From the NCBI GenBank assembly GCA_028534125.1, contig CM052816.1:11782001-11846000 (forward strand): 64,000 bases of DNA, read 5' to 3'. Origin of the DNA: Lama glama (lineage: Eukaryota). This document shows positions 12,690 through 25,744 of this stretch, one piece after another. The position numbers were made by a program, and so were the translations under genes. Below the pieces are notes generated by a model, which was not told the DNA's origin, did no database searches, and saw nothing but the letters and a program-made list of their open reading frames with translations. Each line of letters opens with the position of its first letter. Positions within the stretch are counted from its first letter, which is position 1.

Positions 12690-13495
12690 TTTTCCCCAGG
12701 ACCTATTATCCTCACATGGCTTCCTGTACTCAAGGAGTGTTTGGCTAGCATAAGAGAATGGGGCTTTTAATGGCTTATTTAGGACACGTTTAATGTAACA
12801 TTGAACTCACTTTAGTGGTCACAAGGTGTACCTTTGCTGAACAATTATTTGCATGGTAAATATCTGTCAGAATTCCTCGTACACACCACTGCTGCATCCT
12901 TCCTCTCCAATTTTATGCTTGGGAAGTTGAGTTTTTGGAGCTGTGTGTAAGAGATGATGTTTATTCAAGTTAAGTTTTGTGACATTCAATTTGGATCATA
13001 GTTTCAGTCTCCTGAGACCTTTCTGGGGCCTGTTATTTTATCATCTATCTAATCAGTTGTTCCTCCCAGCTTTTTGTCATGCTATGATCAGCTGCAAATG
13101 ATCACCCAGTCATTGATGGTAATGTTACATTGGGCGTGGCTGTGGATGAACTCCTGCATACCACTACAGACTCTAGGATGACAATCATTCATATGTTATT
13201 AGTCAGGTTAGACTAAGTTGTGCTGCAGTAACAAATTAACCCCTGAAATCTCAGTGACTTCCACACCAAATTTTATTTTTCACTCATGCTTTATGCTTAC
13301 TCCATGTCCGTCTACTGATAGTTCAATAGCTGGAACTAGTTGTATGACCCCAATCTAAGTATACAGCAGTTAAAAATACAGGGAAATACAAGAATATTTG
13401 ATGAGCATTAAATTTAGTATCTTTTAGACGCAGTCCTATGACCAGGTTGAATCCACCTGACACTATTGTTATCTCATCTCCATTCTCCATCTTCT
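12690..13495 (-). mobile_element. CR1/L3 LINE remnant, interrupted by an MLT1-type LTR at about 13193-13415
   Basis: 'cctcccagctttttgtcat...ctgcaaat...tcattgatggtaatgtt' resembles the reverse strand of the CR1 RT FADD region; 'tgttattagtcaggttagactaagttgtgctgcagtaacaaa' is an MLT1-like end. Confidence 0.6.
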
Positions 13496-13499
13496 AATG

Positions 13500-13720
13500 A
13501 CTGTTGTCATTTATTGAATACCACTTATAGAAAAATAGTCATTAAGCATATACTCTCTAATTTAATCTTTATGACCATCCAGTGGGATAGGTAGTGTAAT
13601 TTCCATTTTATAGATGAAAGAAGTAAAACCTAGAGGCTAGATATCTTGTCCAAGAATACAAAGGCAACTAGCTGTGGAGAAGAGATTTGAACCAGTCAAT
13701 TCCAAACCCACATGTTGCTT
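13500..13720 (-). mobile_element. MIR SINE
   Basis: 'ttccattttatagatgaaagaag...cttgtccaagaataca...gagatttgaacc'. Confidence 0.75.
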
Positions 13721-15927
13721 ATTACCAATCTATCTAATCTCTTGGCCAATAATAGAACAAAAGACAGGGTAAATCTTGGGTCAGGTTGAAAATAGGACAA
13801 ATTGATTTTTTGTGCTGCCCAGAAATTCTTTTCTTGTGCTCTGACTTGTATCATTGTCTTTTACTTATATTCATGTATCCCAAGCTCTCATTCTCTCTTT
13901 CTCCATTATCAGTTGGTCTCACAAGAAGATCTGGGAAGTCATTCACATTTAAGTAAAAAAGACTGAATAGCTTCTTTCATTTTTAAGAGTTACTTATTTT
14001 TAAAACATAGATCATCCTGCAACTAAGAAGAATAAATCTCTAGTTGTGGGATAGGAAATATTTTTGAAGGAGCTTATTTGAAGAAAGACATATTGTTGTT
14101 ACTCCTAATATTATATCATAGAGCTGCTAGCAGTGTGGTCTTAGGAAGTAGTATAGTGTTATAGAAAGCATGGACTTTGGACTCAGCGGATGAATTAAAT
14201 CCATGTTATGCTTCTGGTGTCTATGTGACTCTATTTAAATTTCTGTAATTTTCATTTTCTCATCTGTAAAATGAATTATGTAATGCCTGCCTTATATATC
14301 TTTGGGAAGATTAAAGAGGTGTTGTATACGGAGGGTACTGCAAAATATTTGTGAAGTGAATGAATGAAGGATGTCTGTGCTGTGCTTAGCAGAGTCCTAG
14401 GACAAGGAAGGCAGTAAATACTTACAAAGCTGGAGCTGGGGCCTGGGGAGAATAAGTGAGGGGAAGAAAAGTTGGCAACTTGGAGCCAAGTATAGAAAAT
14501 AAAAAGTTTTCATTTCAATCCAAATCATTTGTTATGTATGTATTATTATAAGTTTCTGTGCTAATGGAGTAACAGATCATTTATTTTGGAATCTGTCTGC
14601 TTGAAATATCTAAATATATGTTGTATGTATTACCATTATAATAAATGAGGACAGTTTGCTATGATTAGGGTGATGTGTATGGTGGCAGTGTGACCAGCAA
14701 GGGCCCTTCATTGAAGTCACTGGTCCAGCCTGAGAGTCATGACCAGGTAGCCTGGAAAATGATGGGGAATTGCCATCAGGTTGCTGCAATCAACATGACT
14801 TGTGGTGACTCTTGGTCATTTTTGCATTGCTGGAGTAATAACTCTTTCAACGTGTTAAATTGTAATTATTCAAATCTTTTCTACAAATTCCATTTTGGGA
14901 GTTTCAGACATCAAAGAAAAAGCAAGAGGTGTGCCCAGCAGATGTTGGAGATGTGATCTAGCCTTTTATTTTTCTCTTTTAATCATTATGCATTTCAGAG
15001 TAAAGATACTTCAAATCTGAAAATGCATCCGTGTAATAGAAGTTTTCCTATACAAATAAAAAGGTAAATATATTAAAATAATACATGCCTCTGATTTAAA
15101 CTGGTAATTAAATAGTCTTAAATTGTTTATTGGGAATCATAGTTCATACCTATATTAATGGTAAATTTATGTGGTGGAATGGATTTTACGGGAAAAGGAG
15201 ATACACTTTTTTTTGTTCTGGTACATTGGTAGACAGTGTTTTCTGAGTCAGCTCAAGGAATCTTATCAATTGAAAAGAAAGGCTGTTGCTCAGTCTAAAG
15301 GGGCAATTGTAATATCTCAAGTGTTTTCAATTGTGGTGTATTGTCTAGAGGAAAATAGATGAAGGGTGTATAATTTGAAAATTATGTGTACTCCAAGTAT
15401 TGAGTCCCTAAGAGGTTTCAGGACACAGCTCCCCAGGGACATCTGAATTTCCTGAGGGCATTTTAGATACTCATTCAGAGCAGCTGTAGTCCTCGTTCCT
15501 GTCCCTCTTGTGACTGCCTCTGCTTGACTCAAGATGAAGATCAGTGTCAGAATCACATAATAGCATGCTGCTTTTTATTTCTAACACCCCAGGTGGCTGA
15601 TGGCATTTCCCCCTTATACTACCCAAGGAGTCAGAGCAGAAATAAAACCCCATGATAATTCATATTTATGCTCTGTTGATCCTCCTCCTTTGATGTTCTG
15701 ACCAGTTTCACAATCTGTTTCTATGCTGACCTCATTATTATTGACTTATTTCAAAAAGGAAGGGCAAATTTGGATTTTTTTCCCTTAATTATTATTTTTA
15801 TCAAATTATAAAAGAAAAATATGCTTTGAGAAACATTTGTTTAAATAAAAAAATGTATAGAATCAATAAATCAGATCAAATGTTATAATTAGAGTATATT
15901 TTCTTCCAATATTTCCCCTACACTCTA

Positions 15928-16150
15928 TGGGTTCTTTCTTCACCTCAGCACTATTGACATTTTGGGCAGAATAATTGTCGTTGGGGCATGACCTGTGAAT
16001 CCTAGAGTGTTTACGGCATCCATGGCCTCTACTCAAAAGAGTAGAGATGCCAACAGAATCTCCCTGCTACCCAGTCATAAGAATCAAAAATGTTTCCAGA
16101 CATTGCCAAATGTCCCCTTGGTAGCAAAATTGACTTCAGTTGAGAAGTAT
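15928..16150 (+). mobile_element. MER20 hAT-Charlie element, within an old L1M remnant (about 15780-16400, - strand)
   Basis: 'cagcactattgacattttgggcagaataatt...aaaaatgtttccagacattgccaaatgtcccc...gttgagaa'. Confidence 0.9.
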
Positions 16151-16665
16151 GTCTAAACATTAAAACAAAAATAGAATTTTACTGTCTGTACAATTTTATA
16201 TTCTGCTTTTTAAGCTTATTTTGCATGTTGGAAATCTTTCTATATCATCAGAGAGCCTTGAAATGATAATTTCTGTTGGCTGTATTCCCTTGATAGAATA
16301 TGACTTATTTAGTCTTCTTATTATCGACCCATTCAGTTATTTCCTAATTTCCTTTTGGTTTATAGATAAAAATTTAATGAACATTCTTATACGTAAATAT
16401 TTAACCCCATCATTGATCAGAAAATTTCTTATGTCTTTCAAAACTCATAATCTCATTTTCAAAATAATAAGGTACTTTTGAAATGAGTAATTTTTCAGAA
16501 CTTTGAGTTCTCAGTGGAGTGAGTGGTAGACATCTTCTACTCAAAACAAGTTAGTAGCTAAAAGATTTCTGAATATCTTGTTAACCTCTTTTGAATAAAG
16601 ATTCAAAAGTTCGCAAGTCCAGTGAAAGCTAAGGACAGTTATGCCTTAAAACTATACACATTGTT

Positions 16666-16684
16666 ACACACACACACACACACA
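16666..16684. repeat. (CA)n microsatellite
   Basis: About 9 CA units seen directly. Confidence 0.9.
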
Positions 16685-17884
16685 GTTTTGCATACAATTT
16701 CAGGAGGGCTATAGATGTATGAAGAATAACCAGGTTAAGGAGTCCTGTTAAGGAGATGCCTGGTCCCTGCTGTACCTTTTATAAAGGGGTAGGCATGGTG
16801 TATATTATAACCTCCACAAAGAGCTGAGGAAACCAAGAGTAAGGGGCATCTCCATGACTTTTAATTTGGCTCTGTGTTGGATCCAGAAGCCTGGGGCCCA
16901 GTGAGTCTTTATAAATTTAATGAACTACATTAAGGAAAATTTGGAGGCACAGAAGTGAGACTTTTTCTGTTTTTTTAGACCTGTGATAGGATTGGGTAAG
17001 TGAAGTCTTAAGTTTCCTGAGCTGGCCTGACCCAGCTGTGAAGTCCTTTTCTGATACCGCCAGCAGTATCAAGGGAAGATAAAACCAATACCAAACATGA
17101 GGTGTTTATCAGCATCTGTACACACCCGTTAGGCTGAATATAATTTACTCCCCACTGTAGACTGAGAAATAATCATTTCTATAAGCAGTCCTCCCTGGAG
17201 TGAATTATGTATCACATCATAGTGACGATGGTCGTGGCCATTGCTTTTCAGTACAGAGATGGAAAAAGAAGAAAGGGAAGGTAAATCATATCTATTGCAA
17301 CTGAGCACCTACTCTTTGCTAAACACCATTCACCCTTTGCTTCCATACTTTTGTTGAATTCTTACAGTAACTCTGGGACAGAGTTGATAATACCATTATT
17401 TTACTAATAGTAATTCAGATGGTTAAGCCGTTTGCCCAGTGTCAAGACTTTCCCCATCTCCTTCAATACCCTACTATCCCCACCTCCTATAAAAGGATGG
17501 CCCTACCTGTATGCATCCCATTAAAAATTGATATATCACTTTCTGGAAGGCCTTCTAAAGCTCTCTTAGAGGGTCATGTTATCTACTTTGACAGACACTA
17601 ATCTTGGGTTTAGGAGACCTGCCTATTTATCCTTGCTCTTTATCACTTAGTTATCAGTGATGCTGGACTAGTCACTAATTTTCTTTGAATATTGTTTCTC
17701 ACCACAGATGATGTGGTACTTAATACATAACATGAAGAGCTCATACTGATGAAAGTGCTTTCTTAATTCTAAAGTAAAACAAAACTGTAAAAGGTTGCTT
17801 CTTTTAAGAGACATTTAAACTCCCTGAGCTTCAGTTTACTAATTTATAGAATTGAAATAACTCCTATCTCATGAGGTTGTTAAA

Positions 17885-18590
17885 TTGTTCATTCAGCAGA
17901 TACTTATTGAGCGTATACTATGCACGAAGCGCGTCTTGTTTTGTTAGGGGAAATGTAGTGGTGGTAGACATGATATCAACAAGCAGAAAAAACCAAAATG
18001 ATAATTACCCAATCGTGGTAAGCACTATGAAAGAAAGAAAGAAGCAGTTGGATTGGAGGTTGAGGGTGCTGCTTTATTAGGGCAGTCAGGGAGAGCCTCT
18101 CTAAGGAGGTAATGGAGACCTGAGAGCTGAAGGATGAGAGGTCACCAGAAAGGTTGCTTCTAGAGAGTAAAGACATGTGTTACTAAATGATATTGACAGA
18201 AGGTGAGAGGGCTGTATGCCCTGCTGTTCAACATGTGGTCCATAGACTAGTGGTCATCTCCACACTCTTTGTTACTGGTGTGCAACAAGTTAGACACTTA
18301 TATGAGAGTAACAAATGCAATTCTTCTTTTATTTTCTAAGGAGTCAGCTGAATCTAACAGTATGCTTAGTTACGTAGTTGATGTGCATTCTGGTGCCCAT
18401 AACTCACCATATCCCAATCACAACTGGCAGGCTGGCTTCTTTTAGTAGCATTGTTAAGATGAAACTGCAGAGGGCAAGAGCTAGACCATGTAGAAACTAG
18501 AGGCCATAAAAAGATTCTTGAGTTTTATTCTGAGAACAAGGGGAGACTGTTGGGATATCTAAGCAAAGAGTAGAATGATCTGTTCTTGAG
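17885..18590 (-). mobile_element. L2 LINE 3' fragments, with an intervening probable hAT remnant at about 18220-18450
   Basis: 'ttcattcagcagatacttattgagc' is the L2 tail on -; 'cagggagagcctctctaaggaggtaatggagacctgagagctgaagga'. Confidence 0.7.
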
Positions 18591-19264
18591 AGAAACAGAT
18601 GCTCTAATGCACTTGAAAGCATTTTGTAAACTGCAAAGTGATGATGAATGTGAGTTTTGACTGGATCATCTCATTCAGTCAGGGCTTTTCTATCCATTCT
18701 GCCAACAGTATTCTCCTGGATTGGTCTCAATAACATATGTCCTGATTCTCTTGAGGGCATATTGCAGCGTGTTTTTTTTTTCTTCTTTTTTGTTTGTTTG
18801 TTTTTATTTAGCAAAATATATGCACCATGATTTGAGGTTACTCTTTCCAATTCAAATGAAATTCCATGCTTAGTAAGTAAATACGTTACATGCCTCTAGC
18901 TCAGGGGTCTCAGATCTCAAAATAAATCTCTTTATGGCAGCATTAGTATTCCATGTTCACACCTACAGAGCTTATTACCAATTCGCACATATTTTGCTGA
19001 AAAGAACAACTGCTTAAGATCCAGAAACTTTATATTTACATTTCATTCATGATGGGAGTTTTAGATTTTTTTCACAATAGATACTGGTGAGTTCATTTTC
19101 TTCTCACCTAGGAAATGGCTACATCTTTGGAAAAGCTATGGCATTGATTTGTTTGCCCCAGAAATGTTAACTGTTCCCTTTCTTCTCCTCCCCCTCCCTT
19201 CCTTTTGTGATTCTTCCTTGACTTACTCCCTCCCTCCCCTACTTCCTTCCTTCTTTCCTTCCAG

Positions 19265-20520
19265 ACTCCTTACTGAGCATTTATACTGTGGGCTAAGAAT
19301 GATGCTAGGCTCTGGAAATAATTCATTAAAAAGACAGACACATTCTCTGTTCAAAAGGAGATTAACAGTCTTGTTGGGACATAGAACAGTAACTAGAAAA
19401 TCACAACCCACGATGATCTGTGCCACAGTGAGGGAAAATAGTGCATATTGGGGAACATAAGCTGGGCATCTAACTTAGAACTGGAGTCAGGATAGCTTCT
19501 GGGAGGAAAGGATGTCAAAGCTGAGATCCAAAGAATAACAAGTTATTACATTGAAGGTTTGGAGGTAAGCAGAGTGTTCTTGGGAAAAAAAAATCTGTGT
19601 GAAAACTCAGAGATGAGATAGTGCAAATGTGAGTTGCTGTAAATAAAATAAGTGTAACTGGAGCTTTAGAGTCAAAGGGAGGATTGGATAGGGAAGAAGG
19701 AGATGTAAATTGTTGCGGAAAAACGTGTTACAGCTCGGTGCTACAGCTCAGTTGTGACAGCAACCTGGATCCAGGCGAGAGACCAAGCAGCACTCAGAGT
19801 TGGAGAACTCAGGTTTATTACGCCAGCTGGCCCAGAGGAGTTAACACTTAAAGCTCTGAACCTCATCTGTAGGTTTACACAGGCCTTTTATAGGCTGCCA
19901 GTTTTACACTTTGTAGCATCATATGCAAATAAATATAACAGAAGTTGACCAACCAGGAACAAGCTTTGTAGAAATAGGCCAATCAGGAGTGAGCTCCATG
20001 CAAATGAAGTACTACAAATGGACCAATCAGAAGTTAGGGAAGTGGACCAATCAGAATTGAGAGTAATAATCAATCAGGAGTGAGAGTAGTCAATCAGGAG
20101 TGAAGGAAATAACCAATCAGAAGTGAGCTCAGGGAACCAACAGAATTTTAGGTGTAAGTTAGCTGCTTTAGAGGCAAAAAGTGAGAGCCTCTGGTCCAGA
20201 GAACCGGACGGTGCTGGGAGGAGAGCAGCGGCCCTGCCTAGAGGTCCTGCTGGTCTCTTTATGGGGCTTCCCGCCTCAAATAAGAAACAGATCATGAAGG
20301 GCCTTATACACCACACTAAAGAGTACGGACTTTAAAGTGATGGAGAGTCATTGAGGGAGTTCAGCAGGTAGGTAATGTGATCATGTCTGCTCTTTAGAGA
20401 AGTTGTACTGGATCTAGAAAGGAGAATGGCTTAAAGTGGGTACAGTTGGAATTAGGAGACCACAGAGAAGGATATGGATGAGAGTAACCATGTGGAATGA
20501 ACAGAATGAGAACATTGTGC
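19265..20520 (-). mobile_element. L2 LINE split by the solo LTR at 19711-20278
   Basis: L2-like 'ggagatgtaaat' resumes as 'aagaaacagatcatgaagggcctt' after the LTR. Confidence 0.75.
19711..20278 (-). mobile_element. ERV solo LTR (568 bp) with CCAAT/octamer array
   Basis: TG...CA termini; on the minus strand, TATAAAA (19886-19892) lies upstream of AATAAA (19814-19819); flanks aaat and aat (imperfect TSD); CpGs retained. Confidence 0.9.
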
Positions 20521-22609
20521 ATGCACATGGTGAGGTGCTATCTTTCATTAGATGCTCAGAGAGCTGCTGAGTGGTTTTCCAGGGGTCAAAGGGTGGTTTG
20601 GAAAAGCAAGAACAGAGGCCAGTTCTTCTAATCTGTGTGTTGCTTTTCCAGTTAGAGCTGTTTTGAGACCAGTCACCTCTCATTCTTCTCCCTGCTGTCT
20701 TACCAATCCCAAATAACTTGCATTTTTCTTAGTCTTAAAAATGGGGAGTTTCTCTTTGATGGTAATTTTACTCTGGGGAGCTGTCCAATATTCTCTTGCT
20801 GCATTAAAATATAAACTGACTTTAAAAACTGATGAACGGTCTATTATGCAGGCAGCTGTCAAGGGAATGATTGGAAATTAATTCTGAAATTTTGTTGCAT
20901 CAAATCCTGCAGATTTTAATCTGTCCCCCTAAGATTTTTCTTAACATACACCCATGATAGAAAGAAGGGGGAGTGATCAGAGAACAAGGCTGTTGAGCAC
21001 TATTGTGAGCTCCACACAGAATGAACAACCACGGGACAGGAAAGGGCCATAAGACACCGTCTCTGCCTTAAAGTTCTCTAGTTTAAAGGGCAAAAACAAA
21101 CATATATGAAAATATCAAGCCACTTAGAACACGTTCTTAGGTTTTGTTTTAGTTGCATGCCTAAAAGTGTGATATTCTGGTTGTTCAGAAAATGGAGAGG
21201 ACCAAGCAGTCGGGACAACCCTTCTGGAGGAGGTTGTATTTGAGCTCAGCCTTGGATGGGCAGAGGGGAGGGGGCAGTTGGCTGAAGGCTGGCCTGGTGA
21301 AGATTGGAGGTGTGAATGACCGGGTCACATTGATGATACTTCAGTGTGGGAGGGAAAGTACTGAGAAGCAGTGGGAAAGAAGGCTGGGTGTGGGCAATAA
21401 TGGATGACTTTGAAGTCAAGACGCAGAAATTCAGAGACACTGGGACCCAGTGAAGGCTCTAAAATAGAGCTGTTATGGGAAAGAATGATAAGATGTCCAA
21501 TAAGTGGGGAGAACGGTCATTCCCAACTTCCACTAATAACTTAACTCACCTCCGATCATCTGTCGTGACCAAATCAAGTGACGTAGCTATGCTTCTTCCT
21601 GTCTCTAAGCCATCTTGCAGGTTAAATGAGATCAACACTGTGAAAGTGCTTTCCTTCCTTTGCAGATCCTTAACATGATCGTGATCACCATAGTTGTTGT
21701 TGCCCCCATTGCTGCCACCTTCACATTTCCATGTCTTTGACCAACTCCCTGCCAGGCATCCTCTGCTTTACCACACTGCCTTACAGAATTCTCTGTCCAG
21801 CTCCAGTCGATTGTGTCCTTTGATATGTTTTCAGCTCTGGTACCTTATACGCATCTGGTTTGACAGAATCCAGTCTGATTAAACAACCCAACAGAACAAA
21901 CATTAAGTTGGATTCAGCATTGAAGGCTGGGGTGGTTTGATCTAAATTGATACTTAATAATTCATCTGAGCATGGGGATTGGATGGTCACGGCCCGAGTC
22001 TTCTGTTTCTTTCAAAGTTCCCAACAGGACAGTGCAATACCAATGCCTTGGTAACTGACAGCTTTTCTATTCAAGTTCCTGACTCACTGCACAGGAGGTA
22101 GATTGTTGCTTTGCTGTGCACTGAAAAGTGCCAACTTAGCAGCGTTTCCATCGTGGCCTCCAGCTAATATTTTTAGATGGCCAAGGTGTCATTAGAAATA
22201 GTATTTAGTTGGGTGACTTCAATTATTGCCTCTCGTTGACAACAGGGCTATAACTTCTTGGGCTCAGCTGTGTCTGTTTAAATTCTCAATCTCTGTAAAC
22301 TATTTGCAAGTCACTGCTCTGTGTATTTTGCAGTAAGGGGCTGTGCATTTTTCAGTAGATTCCCCATATAATGAAGATCCACGAAGACATGACTTTTGAT
22401 TGATGACTGTATTTAAGAAGCTATTTAAGGAGTATTAGTTTTCCATGTTCTTTTGCTCAGAATCAGCTTTTAAACTGCTCTTTCTCAGCAGCTTCATTCT
22501 GACAAGGAACATTTTGTTTGCATTTCATTTTTATTTTTAGTCATTTGCAAATGAGCCTACCCTGAAACAGTGATCTGCTCTCTCCAGAGGGGGGCAGACC
22601 AGTGTTAAA

Positions 22610-23430
22610 AATCCATGTATCTATCCCCAAAATATTCATTGAGCAGGGACACATGGTAGGCCCTGTTCTAGGCACTGAAGATACAAGGATGTGTCAAGAC
22701 AACCCTGTCCTTACCCTCAGGGAGTTAATAGACCAATGAGAGTCTGATTCTTTAATTAAAATGATGATAATTGCTGCAAAGAGGAAATACTGGGAGCTGT
22801 GAGAGCCTGTACTGGGAACTCGGCTAGTCTGGGAGGCGGGGGGCTCTAGGAAGAACTTCTTGAAGAAGTGGTGACTGAACACTTACCTGAACGACACATA
22901 GGTTTTAATAAGTTAAAGAAGAATAAAAGGCAAGGCTAAGGATAGGAAGAATAAACAGAATAGTTGAACTCCCTGAGGTTGGAAGAAATGAAAAATAACT
23001 AAAGAGGAGTGGGGTCACATGTCGGAAACTTGGAGAATGAAGATGAAGCTATCCTGAGTTGAGGCTGAAGAGACAAGCAGACCGGGTTACATGGAGGCCT
23101 AGTGGGCTGCTGAAAGGAGTGTAATTGTTCTCTTCAGAGTGTGGAGGAAGTCACCAAAGAGACTGAAGCAGTGGGGTAACAGTATCTGCTTTGTGTTCCC
23201 ACAGGACATCCCTGGTTCTAGATTTCCATGTCAGTGGCCTGGGTTAGAGGTACTGTTGGCTTGGAGTGGGGTTGGCTGTGGAGATAGAGTAAAGCGACTC
23301 TTTATGACAGATGATGAAGAAGTAACATGGCAGGATTTAGTGACTGAGTGGATATAGAGGGAGGTATCAAAAATGGCCAGATTTCTTGGCATAGCACGTA
23401 AAGGGAGTGGTGGAGAATCAGGTGCAGTCA
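22610..23430 (-). mobile_element. L2 LINE fragment
   Basis: 'aaaatattcattgagc...gccctgttctaggcactgaagataca...ccctgtccttaccctcagggagtt'; later 'ggcaggatttagtgactgagtggat'. Confidence 0.8.
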
Positions 23431-23879
23431 AATGTGTCAGTCTTTTCCCAGGCCAGTAGGAAGAAGTCACCACCCATTGCTAATGCAGAGTAAGCATCTT
23501 AATTCCGAATTGCCAATGACTTTGTAGCTTCTTCAAGTGGAAGGGATGCCCAGATGTAGGAGAGCTAAGGAACAGATAGTTTATTCTAAACTCCAATCTC
23601 TGGTAGCCAAATTGTTTCCTGACCTTTCCCCATTGCTTTTAACTAAGTTGACTGCATCTTCTGAGTGCACCTAACCCTCTGAGCATATGTGACTTAGCCT
23701 TTACCAAATTATACCTTTATTGTCTGTTGATGGGCTATCCTCTTCTGATAGTTGGTTTGTTACTTGAACTTGAGGACTCTCTTCTTTTTAGCATCTTTAG
23801 AAATGACATCTCCTTTGGTAACACACCTCAATTTTCATTTGGGAACTACCTGTCTTCCACTCTGGGTTCTGGTTTTAGG

Positions 23880-24600
23880 TCTACATGATCAACTGTGTCT
23901 TCAATGTCTCAAATTAGTTGTTTCACAGAAATCTCAAACTCCACATGCCAAAAATGGGATTCTTCATTCCCAGTTGCCACCTCAACATCAGTTCCTGTAG
24001 CTAACTTTCTCATTTCATTCAGTATCAGCCGCAGGTACTTGGCTTCTCAAGATCTTACGGAAGCAGAACTCCCTGACCTCTCCCTTCCCCCCTTTCTCTA
24101 TGTCCCAGCCATCAGCAAGTTGCCGGTCCTGTATACAAACTATGTCTGAAAACCATTCTCCAGCCACATAAGCCCTCTGTAGGTTCTTCAAGAATTCCAA
24201 GCTCTTTTGTGTCCTAGGACATTTATTCTTGAGCTGTCTACTACCCCTGATTCTATTTCCCTGGTTCTTTCTTTGACTAGCTCCTTATATTTCAGTTCTC
24301 AGTTAAAAAAACAAAACTCTCTTTCTGGAGTCCTTCACAGACGGCTCCATCTGAATCAGTGCTTGTCCCTCCTGCCAGTCACTTTCTATCACATCATTTC
24401 CTTGATAGCTTTTATCTCAAATTGAATTTTGTGTGTGGGTGTATGTTTATTTTCTTACTTATTTTATGTGTCTCCCACTAGCATATAAGTTTCTTGAAAG
24501 CAGATCCCTTATTCCTTTAGTTGATCTTTGTATTTTCATACATAATGCAATGCCTGACACAGTGTAGATGCTCATTGATTATGCAAATTGAATGGACAAA
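23880..24600 (+). mobile_element. L2 LINE 3' fragment
   Basis: 'atctcaaactccacatgccaaaa' and 3' end 'tgcctgacacagtgtagatgctcattgatta...tgaatgga'. Confidence 0.8.
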
Positions 24601-25519
24601 TGAGCACACAGTGATAGGAGTGGGATAGCTGGAGAGTCAGATAACCTCCACTCTCCTTTTCCAGCTCTGTGTCACTGACGGAGTTGGTGAATCTCCCTGG
24701 ACTTCATTCTCTTAACTTGTCCAAGGAAAAGAGGGAGGGAGCTAACGGTAACCAGGTTGCCCTCCTCAGCCAGCAGGATCACAGGGCTTTTGACCAGAAA
24801 GAGCAGGGGCAGTGCAAACATCCAGGGAAAGTTGTTAATTCAGGACCCATAACTCAGGAGGCAGACAATCAGAGCTGTGGAACGATGACAGAAATGACAG
24901 CATGGGGACCAGAAAAGAGCCCACTTGCAACATTTGCAGAATAATTAGTGCCACACAGAGCAAAACGTTATGTAAATTTGTTACAGAGATACCCTCAGCC
25001 GTGGGGAATTCTCTTTAAGTATTGGGAAGAATATTCCAGAATCCATTGCTCACACTGATGTCTACCTCTTGAGTCTAGGGTTCACTGTTCTGGGTCTCTT
25101 CACTCAGTGGTATAACTTTTGTGCCCAACAAAATTAAATTCTCAGACAGAATAATTACATGTAAATGCTGCTGGGCTATTAGTCTCAAGGGGCCAATTTT
25201 CTCGCCATTTGTTGCCATCTGAAATGTCAAATTTATTACACAGAGGGCATGGTAATATGTACAACATAGTCCCCTAAATAGGCCATGAAAGGCACTAATC
25301 AGCACTGTGGCTGCAGATGGTGAAGGCAGTAAGACGTTGCTTTAGCTAGTAAGGTGAGCTAAATTAATTGCATGGATTATGTTAAGGAAAATAAAACATT
25401 GTCATGATAGAAGTGTTACCTGAACACTGGTTCCTCAGTTCAGAGGCTGTCTGCTCTTGAGAAGGCTACTTATTCCCCCCATTCTCATATTTTCATAGAT
25501 TCCTGGGGCCTAGGACAGG

Positions 25520-25730
25520 CACTGGGCAAAAATGGAAGCTCTGGCTTTAAGTCCTGGCTCTACTACTGCCTTACTGTGTGATCTTGGGCAAGTCGCTTAC
25601 CTTCTCTGATCTTCAGTTTCAGTTTCCTACCCTGTAAGGATAAAGCTTATGTTGTTCTAGTGGCATCCTTGAAGGTTCAAAGGAGAGAATTGGTAGTTAA
25701 GAATGTTAAAAGCTGAAAATGTTGTATCAG
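25520..25730 (+). mobile_element. MIR SINE
   Basis: 'tcctggctctactactgccttactgtgtgatcttgggcaagtcgcttaccttctctgatcttcagtttc'. Confidence 0.85.
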
Positions 25731-25744
25731 TGTAGAACTGTGTT

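Noticed and set aside
19940..20145. Repeat-spacer-like pattern as a CRISPR or similar array
   Set aside because: Units are about 10 bp with irregular spacing, lie in the U3 region of an LTR and correspond to CCAAT boxes; eukaryotic context with no cas genes.
22610..24600. Oppositely oriented L2 pair as a dsRNA-forming structure
   Set aside because: The copies are too old and diverged for a stable duplex, and such arrangements are common in L2-rich DNA.
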